A stretch of 63,488 nucleotides of DNA, the filler included, from Reclinomonas americana ATCC 50394 (taxonomy: Eukaryota), in the NCBI GenBank assembly GCA_048213135.1. It is 13 parts of 13 records of this genome, joined end to end, with 100 filler letters (N's around TTAATTAATTAA, not from the genome) between each part and the next. Parts side by side here need not be neighbours in the genome. Positions count along the whole stretch, not along the records: positions 38,509 to 44,938 come from AFZH01018977.1; positions 45,039 to 46,291 come from AFZH01018978.1; positions 46,392 to 54,599 come from AFZH01018979.1; 10 more parts are not named here. One strand, 5' to 3'. Each line of letters opens with the position of its first letter. The first letter of the stretch is position 1. The notes under the pieces were generated by a model, which worked only from the letters and a program-made list of their open reading frames with translations, made no database searches and was not told the origin of the DNA. The position numbers and the translations under genes are program-made. Shown piece by piece: positions 39,953-52,300 of the stretch.

Positions 39953-40811
39953 GCGTGGCGAGAGGGAGGAGTGGAGGACGTCGGAGTTTTTCGGACATGT
40001 ACGATGAGCAGCACTCAATGTAATAATGCGGTGTCAGCAGGAGAGATGGGCTGCAGAAACATCGGAGGAGGGATAAGGAGAAGAGGAAGTTTCGAATTCA
40101 TCGATTTTCAAACGTCACGACTTCGAACAAGTCGACGTGGATCGATATCACGACGAGACAACTGCGACACGCTGCGACCAGTTTCAGCAGCAAGCGTGGG
40201 CGGTACTTTTCTGTGGAATAGCACTGAGTGCACTAGAGGACTGCTGTGCCTCTCGGATGCGACATGCATGAATTCGAATCGATATCGATTGGTTTCAAAT
40301 TTAAATTTGTTCGGACTGTTCTTGACGGCGGTGCTTGTGCTCGTGGAACTCGACTCCTTCCCCCCCTCTGCCGGTTCCGTCATGCGACTGCACCACTCTC
40401 TAGTCCTGCGCGCTGCCCCACAACTCCTCCAGCTTGTGCGATGCATGCTATAACAGGCAGCGCGCAGTGCTGAGTGCTACTCGCCACTTACAAGCCGTCT
40501 ACCTCCACCACTGCCATCACCATCTGTCGCCGTGTCTATCAGCCTTGGTGGTCGCAACGTGCACCACTCGCGGCCAGCGTGTTCCACTACATTCCTAAAT
40601 TCACAATACTGTGATGCATTTGCTGACTCCGGCACCCTCGCTTCCTCCGAATGCCCTCTCTTCCACACACCATGACTTGCTTACATTATAACACACACAT
40701 TAATCACATCCCATTACACCTCTACAAGGCACCTCACAGAGCGCGTTTTGCGCGCGCTTGCGGGCAGTCTACTAAAATCCACTTTACAAACTCCACCACC
40801 ACGCGTCTCCA

Positions 40812-41279
40812 TCAGCCCTCTTCTTCGGCAACCACACGACGCACCACCGCCAGAGTCGGCGACTGGGCGCGATTCTCACGCGCGCTGGCGCCCGCTCTCC
40901 TGTCTGCCACGCGCGTCTGCCACTGTCGCAACAGCACCAGCACTGGCGCTGGCAGCGAGTGCGTCGCGATCGGCATCGAGCTCACGAGCACAATGAGACT
41001 CTCGATCTCGTGTCGGTGCTCTCCGTCGTCGACGTCGAGGAGCGCAACGAGTGCACGCAGCAGATCGTGGTGGAGGAGGAGGAGGGTGTTGTCGGACACG
41101 GCGGTGTGTCGCGTGTTGTGAGCCGCCGCAGAGCCACTGCGCGGTCGCGAGTGCACTCGTTGCTGCTCTTGCTCTTCTTGTTGTTGTTGTTGTTGCTGCT
41201 GTTGTTGTTGCCGCTTGAGCATCAACTCGGCCAGGGGCACGGGCGCTGAAGAGGACAAGGCAGAGGCGAGGGAGCCCAT
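40812..41279 (-). CDS. Orphan 155-aa ORF starting MGSLAS, with poly-Q
   Basis: Open frame; collinear motif similarity to ORF 44276-43743; no recognisable domain. Confidence 0.4.
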   Translation of the reverse strand: MGSLASALSSSAPVPLAELMLKRQQQQQQQQQQQEEQEQQRVHSRPRSGSAAAHNTRHTAVSDNTLLLLHHDLLRALVALLDVDDGEHRHEIESLIVLVSSMPIATHSLPAPVLVLLRQWQTRVADRRAGASARENRAQSPTLAVVRRVVAEEEG

Positions 41280-42147
41280 CGGTGCTGCTGAAGCAGGTGG
41301 TCGTCGCGGAGGGGGAGGGGGAGGAGGAGAAGCAGTCAAAGAAGGCAACCAACAAGCGCTCAAAACCAAGCAGTTCGTTAGCAATTTACAGACAAAACTG
41401 CTGTTGGACAACTCCGCAGCGACTGTCTGGAACAGGTTTGCAGAGAATCATCGTGGAGCCGGAGGTATCAGGGGGTCGAGCGCCACTTTAAGATTCTTCG
41501 CGAGATGCTGAGTGAGTGGTCCACGGTGGTGGTCGCCGCGTCGTCGTCTGCCGGCAGCGTGGATCCGAACCGCAGCGCTGCGTGCGCAGTCAACGGTCGG
41601 ATCCGGATCGTTGAGGAGCCGGAGATAGAGATTGGCTTTAGCCTATTGGTATTCCCATCTCGGAATTGCTTCGACGCTGTATACGTGCAAATGTACATGG
41701 ATACAACTCTCCCCTGCCGATTTTGGTCACAGCCGTGGCAATGATGTTGCCGATGTCGCCTTGGACCACAGCAACATGTCAACAACTTCACAAATCCAAA
41801 CAGCAACACAGCTGCATGATGATCACGATCTGGGGTGGGCACCAGAAACTGAGACCAGAAACGTGAACGGTTTCACGCTAATAAACGATCCACCATCGAT
41901 CGATATCGACCGACGCAACATGTCCAGAAAATACAAGTCGTACGCTGCGGTGCTTGCAACTGGCTTAGAGTTAGATAGCCCGCGAGCTTGTTTCACGCTG
42001 CGGTTGTATCCTTAGATAGGCAGCCGTTGCGACTGTCGATGCAACTTCGGACGTCCCAAGACATTGCGCAAGTGAGCGCTCGAGCCAAGTGAGAACGCCG
42101 CCTGTCACTGCACCGAGAATGAAGTGAGCGCTTCTCTTGATCTTGCA

Positions 42148-42906
42148 ATGCGCACACATGTGCTCATCCATCTTTCTGCTCGCAGCGTCGTCCATCGGAG
42201 AAAGGCGTGGATAATGGGGTGTGATGGCGATGTAGAGGCACTGCGTGAGTTGGTGTCGCGCGAGGGCGTAGGCACTCTACGGAAGAGAGAAGAGATGGAT
42301 GAGTTTGGCAGCTCGGTGTTCTTCTGGGCCGCTGCCTGCGGACACCTCCCGGTGTTGACGTACTTGTGGGAAGAGAGTGGCATTGGCGCACAACTTGCGC
42401 ACATGGTCGCCAGTGATCACTGCACACCGCTGATGCAGGCTGCCTTTTGCGGGCATCTGCCGGTGGTGGAATGGTTGGTGGCGGACGATCGACGATGTAC
42501 GCCGGAGATGGTGCGGGCGGTCACCGATGAACAGTCCACCGCACTGCATTTTGCTGCCAAGGAAGGCAGACAGGCTGTTGTGCGACTCCTCGCCACTCGC
42601 TATCCCGACCTCATTCCCATGGTGAACAATGTCGGTCAGACGGCGGCTCAATGGGCACGCGAGCGCAGCCATCAACAAGTGGCCGAGTTGCTCGAGCGCC
42701 TCGAAGTATGTTACCGTGCTCAACAGGAGCTCGAGCACACGCGTGCGGCCCTGTGTGTTGTGCAGGAGATGATGCGGCGAGAAGGGGAAGAGGAAGAACC
42801 ACGATGCTTGGTGGAGATCGTGCTGCGTTGCTTCATTGTCGAGGATACGGTGGTGATTGTGCGTCGATATTATAATTACGCCGACGACGACAGCGGCGAG
42901 GAGTGA
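42148..42906 (+). CDS. Ankyrin-repeat protein (about 4 repeats); start uncertain (42148 or 42214, or an upstream exon)
   Basis: GSSVFFWAAACGHLPVLTYL, TPLMQAAFCGHLPVVEWLV, TALHFAAKEGRQAVVRLL, GQTAAQWARERSHQQVAELL. Confidence 0.88.
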   Translation: MRTHVLIHLSARSVVHRRKAWIMGCDGDVEALRELVSREGVGTLRKREEMDEFGSSVFFWAAACGHLPVLTYLWEESGIGAQLAHMVASDHCTPLMQAAFCGHLPVVEWLVADDRRCTPEMVRAVTDEQSTALHFAAKEGRQAVVRLLATRYPDLIPMVNNVGQTAAQWARERSHQQVAELLERLEVCYRAQQELEHTRAALCVVQEMMRREGEEEEPRCLVEIVLRCFIVEDTVVIVRRYYNYADDDSGEE

Positions 42907-43742
42907 GGTGCGTGTGGGGTATGGGCAGGCTCTCTTGCACTCACTCTGTGGCTGGCCGTGGTGCACTTACACTCTTGTTGCAGGGAACTACGGCTTGCAA
43001 CTCGGAGAATGGCACGTGACACACACAGTTTGTCGTCCAACGCACTGGCCACTGGCAGCGGCGGTTGGACTCGGATCGCGCGACGAGGGTGGGCATGCTC
43101 GTGCTCCCTTCGGGAGGTTCGCGAGTCAGCAGAGCATCGTGTGCACACACAAACCTCGAACTGTTCACAGTACATGTCAATGACATTTGTGACCTCGCTG
43201 TGCAGCACACGGTACCCCAGACTGTGGGTATAAGCTTTGCCCACCAGCGCGTGGGCAAAGGTCCGTCGCTGCAGCAAGAGTGTAAGTCGCACCCACAGTC
43301 TCAACCCCGTGATCTTGTTGTCACCCATGGCGATCGCACCACAGCGGCAGCAGAGCCCAACTGGCCGAACGAACAGGCGTCGGTGGAGGCGGAGTCATAC
43401 CCGTGTGCTTGCTTTGAGCGAGTCCCGCTCAGTGTGGAATAGTCGCAGACAACGCTGGGCACACAGTCGCGCGCGCGCTGCGATTGCGAGTTACAGCTGT
43501 TTCGGAATTGCTGCATGCGCGCGTGCCGTCTCATGCATGATACAGTTGGTATTGCTGCAAGGGGAAGTGTGTTCTGCTGTACATTTCACAATTAGTCCGA
43601 AGCGCGTTGCTGTGCGCTTGCGTCGCTCCCTGCAGACCTTACCCACCCTCGTCCCTTTGCCCTTCCACATCAACTTCTTTCCATAAATGTGCCCATGAAT
43701 GTCCTGCAATCACGCATCTTTCATTCTCACCCTCCTGCACCG

Positions 43743-44276
43743 TTATCCCCATCCCGCATCCACCACCACCTGCACGCTTCGCGGCCTCGCCTGCGGCACC
43801 ATCGACTGCGCCCACGACCACAGACAACTGCTGCTGCGCCTCCTCTCCTCCTCAAAGACGAGGGTTATCACTGGTTGCCGAACGCGTCTCGCAATCGCAC
43901 CTCGCTTACGCCTCGCTGCACCAGCCGCCACGCACTCACGCACCCACTCGCGTCCTTTCACGCGCTCTCGCCACTCCGCCAGCGACAACGGTGTGCGATT
44001 CCAGCCCGGTGATGCCTGGCGGATATCGATACCGGTGCCGTCGGCTTCGGCGTCGCGATCGAGCATTCCCTCGCCGTCGTCGTCCTCCGCGTGTGGCCAC
44101 ATGGGGCGCCGGTGTGTGGGCGACACGTGCACTGTGACTGGTGGTCGCTGTGTGTGGTGGTGGACGCGGCGTTGAAGTGCCTGCCGCCGTTGCGGCCCCG
44201 GAGTGTTGCGCATCAAGTCGGCCAAACAAGTCGGCCGTGTGTCCGTCAAGCGTGCTGTTGCCGAAGCGGAGCCCAT
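43743..44276 (-). CDS. Orphan 177-aa ORF starting MGSASA
   Basis: Open frame; shares motifs with ORF 41279-40812. Confidence 0.4.
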   Translation of the reverse strand: MGSASATARLTDTRPTCLADLMRNTPGPQRRQALQRRVHHHTQRPPVTVHVSPTHRRPMWPHAEDDDGEGMLDRDAEADGTGIDIRQASPGWNRTPLSLAEWRERVKGREWVRECVAAGAARRKRGAIARRVRQPVITLVFEEERRRSSSCLWSWAQSMVPQARPRSVQVVVDAGWG

Positions 44277-44487
44277 GATTGTCGGTTGTGGGGTGTTTGC
44301 TTGCTCTCTCCCACACACGTGAAAACAAAAACAAACAAATGCTGGCTGTCTATTGCAGCGAACCTCGCATCTCATTTTCCATTCCCACAAAAGGAAACTA
44401 AAACAGACCGTTCGCTGGCGAATCTTTTATTGCAATGCACCGCGGCGGCACCGCGTGCCTCGCACCTGCTCGTCGCACACGCACGGC

Positions 44488-45064
44488 TCAACGAGCTTGA
44501 ATAGGGCAAGGGAGGAAGAAAACACGCAGTCAAGTCAGTCAGTCAGTCAGTCAACCGGCGAGTGGCGAAAAGCGAGGGCTCACCAAGGTATTCCCAGTTG
44601 CGGACCATCATCTTCTGCATGCACAGCAATGCCGCCTGCTGCACGTCCTCGTTGGCGTACGTCAGGAAGCCCATAACCAGCGTCTTAAAACCAATCTCCT
44701 CGCTCACTCTGCCATTTCCTCGTCGTCAGGTATTATCACGAACAAACCGAATACAGTCACACACACAGCAAAAAGTAGTCACGACACACTGCCTGCCTGT
44801 TCACACCAACACACGAAAACGCACCGGCGGCCACGCGGGTGGAAACGAATAAACTCGCCCACGTCGCCCAGGCCAATGGCCAGGGTCTCTGGGTCGCGCG
44901 AGTTGGACAGCAGCTCGTGCAGGTCCTTCATGATGCGANNNNNNNNNNNNNNNNNNNNNNNNNNNNNNNNNNNNNNNNNNNNTTAATTAATTAANNNNNN
45001 NNNNNNNNNNNNNNNNNNNNNNNNNNNNNNNNNNNNNNTACGTATACGTATACGTACTTACTCT

Positions 45065-45135
<71 letters not shown>

Positions 45136-46225
45136 TCGCAACCACAGTTATGGAAAGAAACACACGCGGAAGACAAGCGGCAATTAGCAAGTCGAAAACA
45201 TATCGCTCATCGCGACTCTCACTCTTTCGCAAAGTTCTCTATCTCATACTCACTCTCTCGCAACCCGACTCACTCTACTGTTGCATGGAGAGAAACGCAC
45301 TGTGACAGCTTCTCGCACCGACAACTCTGTGTGCGTGCGCCGAGGTACAAATGGCCTTTGTGACGTCGCCGGCACACTTGGCAAACAGCAAGTCGAAGGC
45401 ACGCCACTCACTGCGTCTCTCTCTCTCTCTCTCCTTTCTCCTTCTCCTTCTACCCCCCCTTCTCCTCTCTCCCCCTCACCCCTCCGCCACGCAACGGATC
45501 AAACACGCGCAGGTCGAAGAACAGGTTCTTGTACACGTCGCGCGTGAGCACCGGTTGCAGCGCCGACGCGGTCAGAAGAATGCGCGCCGCGTCTGTGCCG
45601 CGCAACTCGCCGACGGCCCACGTCAGGAACTTGTACACCACATCGGGACGGTGCTCCTGGTCGTAGCTGGTGCGGAGATACAATGTCAGTCACACCGAGT
45701 GAGTATCATGCGGATGGCTCTCTCTTTCGCTCTCTCCCAGCGCACCGAATGAGAATGCCCAGCAGCTTGGACGCACGCTGGAGAATAAAGTTGTCGGGTC
45801 GGTTCAGCAACCGCAGGTACACCGCGTACGGATCGGCATCGGTCGACTCGACTTCAATGAGCGCCGCCTTGAAGTTTGGCAAGTCTGTCGCGTGGGTGTG
45901 AGATTTGACAGACGATGCACCTTCTCCCGTCACAATCGCACGCACCACTGATGCCATCATGCAGCGCCAACAGCGCCTTACGCACTGGATCCTCACTGCT
46001 CGCCGCCAACACCTTGCGCAGAGCACGGGCAAACGCCAGCGGATTCTGCAGCGCACAAGAGAGACCTCAGCTTGCGCTGAGCACACACACACACGCACAC
46101 ACGCGCAGTGCACCTGCTTGATTTCATCAACTACATCCTCATGCGTATGCGTAGGCTCCAATCGCGCCAGCAGTGACACCTCAGCGCCCTCCAGCCGGCA
46201 CATGCCTTGATACGATGACCACTGT
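44488..46225 (-). CDS. ATP6V1H: V-type ATPase V1 subunit H, multi-exon, split by a gap; last exon and stop tentative
   Basis: C-terminal SRDPETLAIGLGDVGEFIRFHPRGR...VMGFLTYANEDVQQAALLCMQKMMVRNWEYL; N-terminal DPYAVYLRLLNRPDNFI on the neighbouring contig. Confidence 0.9.
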
Positions 46226-46391
46226 GTGTGTCACACAGATGCATCAGTGTCAAAAATGTACACACTCAATCAGTGTGCCTTGTGTGTGCGANNNNNNNNN
46301 NNNNNNNNNNNNNNNNNNNNNNNNNNNNNNNNNNNTTAATTAATTAANNNNNNNNNNNNNNNNNNNNNNNNNNNNNNNNNNNNNNNNNNNN

Positions 46392-49300
46392 CCAAAGAAG
46401 AAGAGGAGGATAACGTACATTGCATGCATTTCTCATGTGGACTCTTGTCTGTGTTGGTGAAGGAGCGACGACTGCATGCCGAGTGCACGTTTGATGTGGA
46501 CGGGCAGATTGCGGGCGTGACGCCTGTGCGTTTTCGTGGATACACCAAGGACTGCTTGATTTTGACCTTTTTCGATGCAAAGGTCTCTCTCTCTTTCACT
46601 TACTCGTTGCTCTGTCCGTTCATTGTTCACTGATGGCGCTGCGATTAGATCTCCATTGTGGAGTTTGATGAGAGCGCGCGTGAGCTGAAGACGCTTGCTC
46701 TTGTGTTTCTCGAGTCGGACTTGTACAAGGTTCATTGCGCGTGATTCACTTTGGCTTCACTCCTGCCTGACACTCGACTGTGTGTACCAGGAGGGACGCA
46801 CTGACTTCCGCACGCCACCGCCTTTGCGTCGTGCCAAGGTCGATCCGTCGGGCAAGTTGGCCACGTGGATCATCTACAACACCAAGCTGGTCATCTTGCA
46901 GTTCGAGGACGTCGATGACTTGCTGGGTGAGAGTTGTGCGTGTGTGGCTGTCGTGCATGTTGTTGTTGTGACAGAGCGTGGGCAGGCTTGGCGGGCATGA
47001 AACCTGCGAGTGGATCGCGAGAGGATCACTGTCCGCTGCAGAACTATTACGTGGTGGATCTGCCGACGCAACTGGGCGTGAGGGTGCGTTGTGGATGCGG
47101 TGTTTTTTTCCATTGCTTGCGACTGTGTTGACGAGTTGGGTTGCAGAACGTAATTGACATGACGTTCTTGCACGGCTACGTAAAACCGACACTGCTCATG
47201 CTGTTCGAGCCGAGGCCGACGACCACCGGGTACGTTCTTGTGGAGGATAATCTGCGAGCGTTTCATGTCTCTCTCCATCGCGTTTCTCGTTCCGTGCGTG
47301 TCGCCTCACTCCCTGCTTCTCGCTCGTCGCCTCTCTCCTTGTTGTTTCTCCCTCGTCGCCTCCCTCCGTGCTTCTCGCTCGTCGCCTCACTCCATGCTTC
47401 TCGCTCCTCGCCTCTCGCTCCGTGCTTCTCGGTTGTCGTCTCACTCCATGCTTCTCGCTCCTCGCCTCTCACTCTGTACATCTCGCTCGTCGCCTCATTC
47501 CCTGCTTCTCGCTCCTCGCCTCTCGCTCTGTGCTTCTTGCCATTCGCCTCACACCTTGCGTCTGGCTCGTTTGCCTCACTCCGTGCTTCTTGCTGTTCGC
47601 CTCCCTCTGCGCTTCTCGCTCGTCGCCTCATTCCCTGCTTCTCGCTCGTCGCCTCATTCCCTGCTTCTCGCTCTTCGCCTCATTCCCTGCTTCTCGCTCC
47701 TCGCCTCGCACCTTGCTTCTCGCTCGTCGCCTGTCACTCCCTGCTTCTCATTCGTCGCCTCACTCTGCGCTTCTCGCTCGTCGCCTCCCTGCTTCTTGCT
47801 CGTCGCCTCCTTCCGTTTTTCTTGCTGGTCGCCTCACTTTATACCTTTCCCCCTTGATGTCATCTCATTCCCGTACTTCCCACAGCCGACTGCCCGCCCG
47901 CAAAGACCCCATGGTGGTGGCGTGCGCGTATTCCATCGGCATTCCCGAAATGCAGTTCCCCGAGTTGTGGGCCGTGCAATATCTGCCCTACAACTCGTTC
48001 CTCGTGCATCCCGGACCAGTGCCTGCAGGTGCACAGCGCACTCTCCCTCCCTCCCTTTCTCTCTCACTCGCATTGTCCCTGATGATATTGCTGTGCGCAG
48101 ATGGAGCGATCGTGTATTCCTCAAACGCAGTATTCTACATCAATCAGGCCACTGCTGTGTGTGCCACCACCAATGACTTTGCGTTGGACACGGTGGCCGA
48201 GTTCCACGAACCGAGTTGCGATGCTCGGTGATGTGACATATTCCTCACATCTCTGTTGTCTCATGGAACGCGTCACGACAGAGCGCTCGAAGCACGACTT
48301 CCTGCTGGCCAATTGCTCCACCTGCCAGATCTCGTCGCGTCAGTACCTCCTCTCGTTGTACAATGGCGATCTGTTGCGTCAGCGCGCACCTATGCTCGTT
48401 CTTCATGCCATCTCACATCGCCTCGCCCATGCACAGGGTGCTCATGCATCTCGACGCGGACGCACGTGGAGTGCACAACTTTGAGTTTCAGCGCGTCGGT
48501 ACCAGTGTTCTCTCTTCGTCGGTTTGTGATTTTCACAAACATGATTCCACGTTCTGTATCCTCGCTCATCTTCACCACTTTTCAGTTGTCCCGCTTCGGT
48601 CTGCGTCACGTGTTTGTCGGATCGGCACTCGGCGACCCTGTGCTCTTGGAGTTCAACGCCATTGGCGGTCTGTACTCCCCTTGCTTGCATGCGATATCTG
48701 CAGAGACAGCTGAATGACGCGGGCGCCACAGGTGAGAATGAAATGAGCGACGAAGCAAAGAGACATCAGCACGCGACACGATCGAGCACCGTGGACGAGG
48801 AGCTGGAGGACATTTTCGGCACCTCGGAAGCGTCGTCTTCATCTCTCGTTCTCGGTGCAGGCAAGCGATCGGCAGCGACCGCTGTTGCGTCACCTTGATT
48901 CACAGACATTGCATGTGCATGTGTATTGCATCCCTTCTGACTACTGTTGCAGGCTGCGACCGCGGACGGGCCGTTGCAGAAGCGCGCACGCGCGAGCAGT
49001 TGCGTTCCACGACCGCCGCTGTCAAGTGTCGGTAGTCGACCTTCTCACTGCTTTCCGCACAGATGGTGGTCGCCAAAGAGGATTGGGAATCGCCGTACAA
49101 GAGGATATCGACGACGAGGCAGCATTCCTGTTTGACGAAGCCGGTACAGAGTTTACACGTGACAAGGTGCACCTCATCGCATTCTCCCTCGTTTCCCCGC
49201 GATGTCGCTCACTCATCCATTCACGCACACACAGCACACGTCCATTATCTTCACGCGACGCGCGGAGGACGAGGTGCCTGGCTCGACTCTCACGGGGCAC

Positions 49301-52300
49301 GTGATGCAATACGACTGGCGAGTAGTGGACTCGCTGCTGAACATTGGTCCCATTGGTGAGCTGGCGGTGGTGCAGGATCCAAGTGCGCGACACAATGTGG
49401 TTGGCGAGGTTCGTGCGGCCTGTGCGTTTTTGAAGAGAGAGTGAGCGCTGACCGTCGGGCGTCGTGCGCAGCATTTGAGGAGAGAGATTGTCACGTGCAG
49501 CGGTTTCGGCAAGAATGGTGCCCTGTGCTCGCTGCGGGTGAGTCTCCATTGATCTGCTCTTTCCCCACGTCCCTTTGTCACTCACCCACTCTTGTGCACA
49601 GCGGAGCTTGTGTCCGAGCGTGATGACCGAGTTTCCACTCGAATCGTGCGTCGGCCTGTGGACCATCAAGTGGCGTTCGTCGAGCGGTGCCTACCCGGCG
49701 CAGCACACGCATCTCGTCATCTCGACGCGCCACGCCTCGCGAGTGCTGGAGTGTGGCGAGGACATTCGCGAGCAGAATGCAGTCGTATTCGATCGAGATC
49801 ACAGTACGCTGGCCGTCGGCACCGCCTGGGATCGCACCGTAGTGCTGCAGATCACCAACAGGTCGCTGCGCCTGCAGTCACAAGGTTTTTCGTGCCTGTC
49901 TGAAAGGGAGCGGGCTCTTGTTCCGTCAAGTGACACGTGGTTTGCAGACGAAATCATTGACGAAGTGGTCATTCCGGAGGGTGTGCACACGGCGGCCGTC
50001 TACGACATGTATGTGGCCATGATTCTCTCCACCGGATCGCTGCAGATGTACATGGCGAACAGCACGTCGCACAGTCTGCAGCGCATCACTGGCGGCGCAT
50101 CCATGTTGTTGGTTTGTGTTTTTGCTCTCAATGCCACGCTGCTGGAAACTCTTCCTCGGTACTCACCCGCCCGGCACAGGCCAACTCGCGGTGCACGGCC
50201 GTCAGTCTGTTCTCGTCTGAACGAGGTACGGGGTTTGCGTGTTTTGTTTCCTGCTCTCTGCTTTCATGAACTGAATCGATTCAATGCCCCCCCCGCGTCA
50301 GATGGCCGAACGCAAACAGTGCCAGTGCAGTTTTGCGCCGTGACTTTTGCTTCGGGTGCCCTGGAGGTGCTTGCGTGTATTGTTGATCTTGTGCGTGTGT
50401 GTTGCGCGCTTCTCACTCCCGACTTGCCAGATTTATGCGATTCCCGAATGCCGGTGTGTGTTCCGCGCCGCCACGTTTGCGAGTGGCAGCCCGACGTTGG
50501 ATTCGTCGGCAGACGATGCGACCGCTGCGCCGCTGCATCGGAGAGCCGTCGTCTATCCCTACGTGCATCAGTGCAGTGCCTTTTACTGCGGTCGCTCGCT
50601 GTACATGATGGTTTGCTTGTCGACATCCATTGTCACCTCGCATCTCTCTCACACTCTCTCTTTGGCGCCCAGGGTTTGCTGTCGGACGGCGACTTGCTGG
50701 TCTACAAGGCATTCCTGCCTCCCATCCGGGAGCTGGTCACGGAGACGGCCGATGTGCGCCTGGGTCACACACGATTCGTGCGGCGTACCGTGCCGTTCAT
50801 GACTCGCTACGAGGTCTTCCAGCAGCAGCAGCAGCCCATGCCAGCGGGCGCATCCTCTGCCGCAGCGGCAGCGGCGGCGGCGGCGGCAGCAGCAGCAGCA
50901 GGAGCCTCTTCTGCACGAGGCAGTTACTTGACTGCGGACATGTTCCGGCTGGATGTGGATGAAGAGGACATGGGAGACGAGGAAGAGGGCATGCCTGTTG
51001 ACGGTACGCAGGCGATACAGAGGAGGAGAGTAGGAGGAGAAAAATCAAGCTCACCTTTATGCTGATGCAGCTCCGGTACGACCCATTTTCTCGCCGTCCG
51101 TGTCACCAATGCCGCATGCTGTTGTGCCGTTCAACGGACTCAGCGGCGGTCACTCTGGCGCATTTGTGTGCGGTCCGCTGTCCGTGTGGGTGCGTTGTTG
51201 TGATCGACTGCAATCTGCATTGAGCTTCTGTTGCTAATGTCATTGTAGGCGTTTTACGATCGCGGACTCATGCGCTTCCACCCCATGGACTCGCGTGCTG
51301 TGTCGGCGTTTGCTGCGCTCGACACGGCCGTGTGCGAGTCTGGTTTCGTGTACTGGTCACAGGCCGATGTTGCGTGTTTGTGTTTGTTGTTTGCAAACGG
51401 TCGATGGTCGTGCCTGACGGTGTGGTGGTGCAGAGCCTGTTGCGTATTGCCCAACTGCCATCCGACGGCACCACGGTGTTGTCGTACTGGCCAACTAGAA
51501 AAGTCAACATTCGTGCGACGCCACGCAAGATTGTCTACCATCCACCGTTGCGCTTTATGGCATCTTGTGCTTTATGGCGATAGATGGCGGTGACTCACCA
51601 GCGTGACACACAGTCGCAATGCGTTTGTGGTGGCCATGGCCAATCAGGTCCCCAGAAAACGACCTCAAGAGAATGGTGGTCTGCCGCAGAAAGAGGATGG
51701 TACGTGCGCGCAGCTGCAGTTGTTTTTGATTCTCGCAGCAGTTGCTCACATGCTGGGGCACAGAACCGCGATCGCGCAAGCCGCCAACTGGTCGCTTGCC
51801 CACGCCCATGGACAACGAGTACTCGTTGACCGTTTTCAATCACGATCTGGTGGAAATGGATCGGTGAGCGCACGGAGAGCAAGGTGATGGAAGAAGAGTG
51901 ACTCTAATACGTTGCTGCAGTGTGCCACTAGAGGAGGAGGAGGAGATCACGGCGCTAAAGGTGTGCCTGCTGCGCGGTGATCCGGCGGTGTTCGGCATGC
52001 GTGTCACGCATCTGCCGTACATTGTCATGGGCACGACGACACGCCTTGGCGAGGACTTTACTTGCAAGGGTCGAGTTGCGTCGACTGCAATGCAGAAAAC
52101 ATCGATGTCCATCAAGCTCGTATTCCTGACAAACACACACCCGTACCGACACATGCAGTTGTCTGTGTATGACATTTTCGAAGACACAAACACGACGTTG
52201 GAGGACGAGTCGCACCCGATCAAGCTGAAGCTGGTGGCGGAGAAGCGTGGCTTCTCCGGTGCGATCAGTGCCGTATGTCAGATCGACGGGTACATTTTCC

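Noticed and set aside
42900..43720. Several 70-150 aa ORFs on both strands
   Set aside because: No domain signal or clear splice pattern; treated as intergenic or UTR
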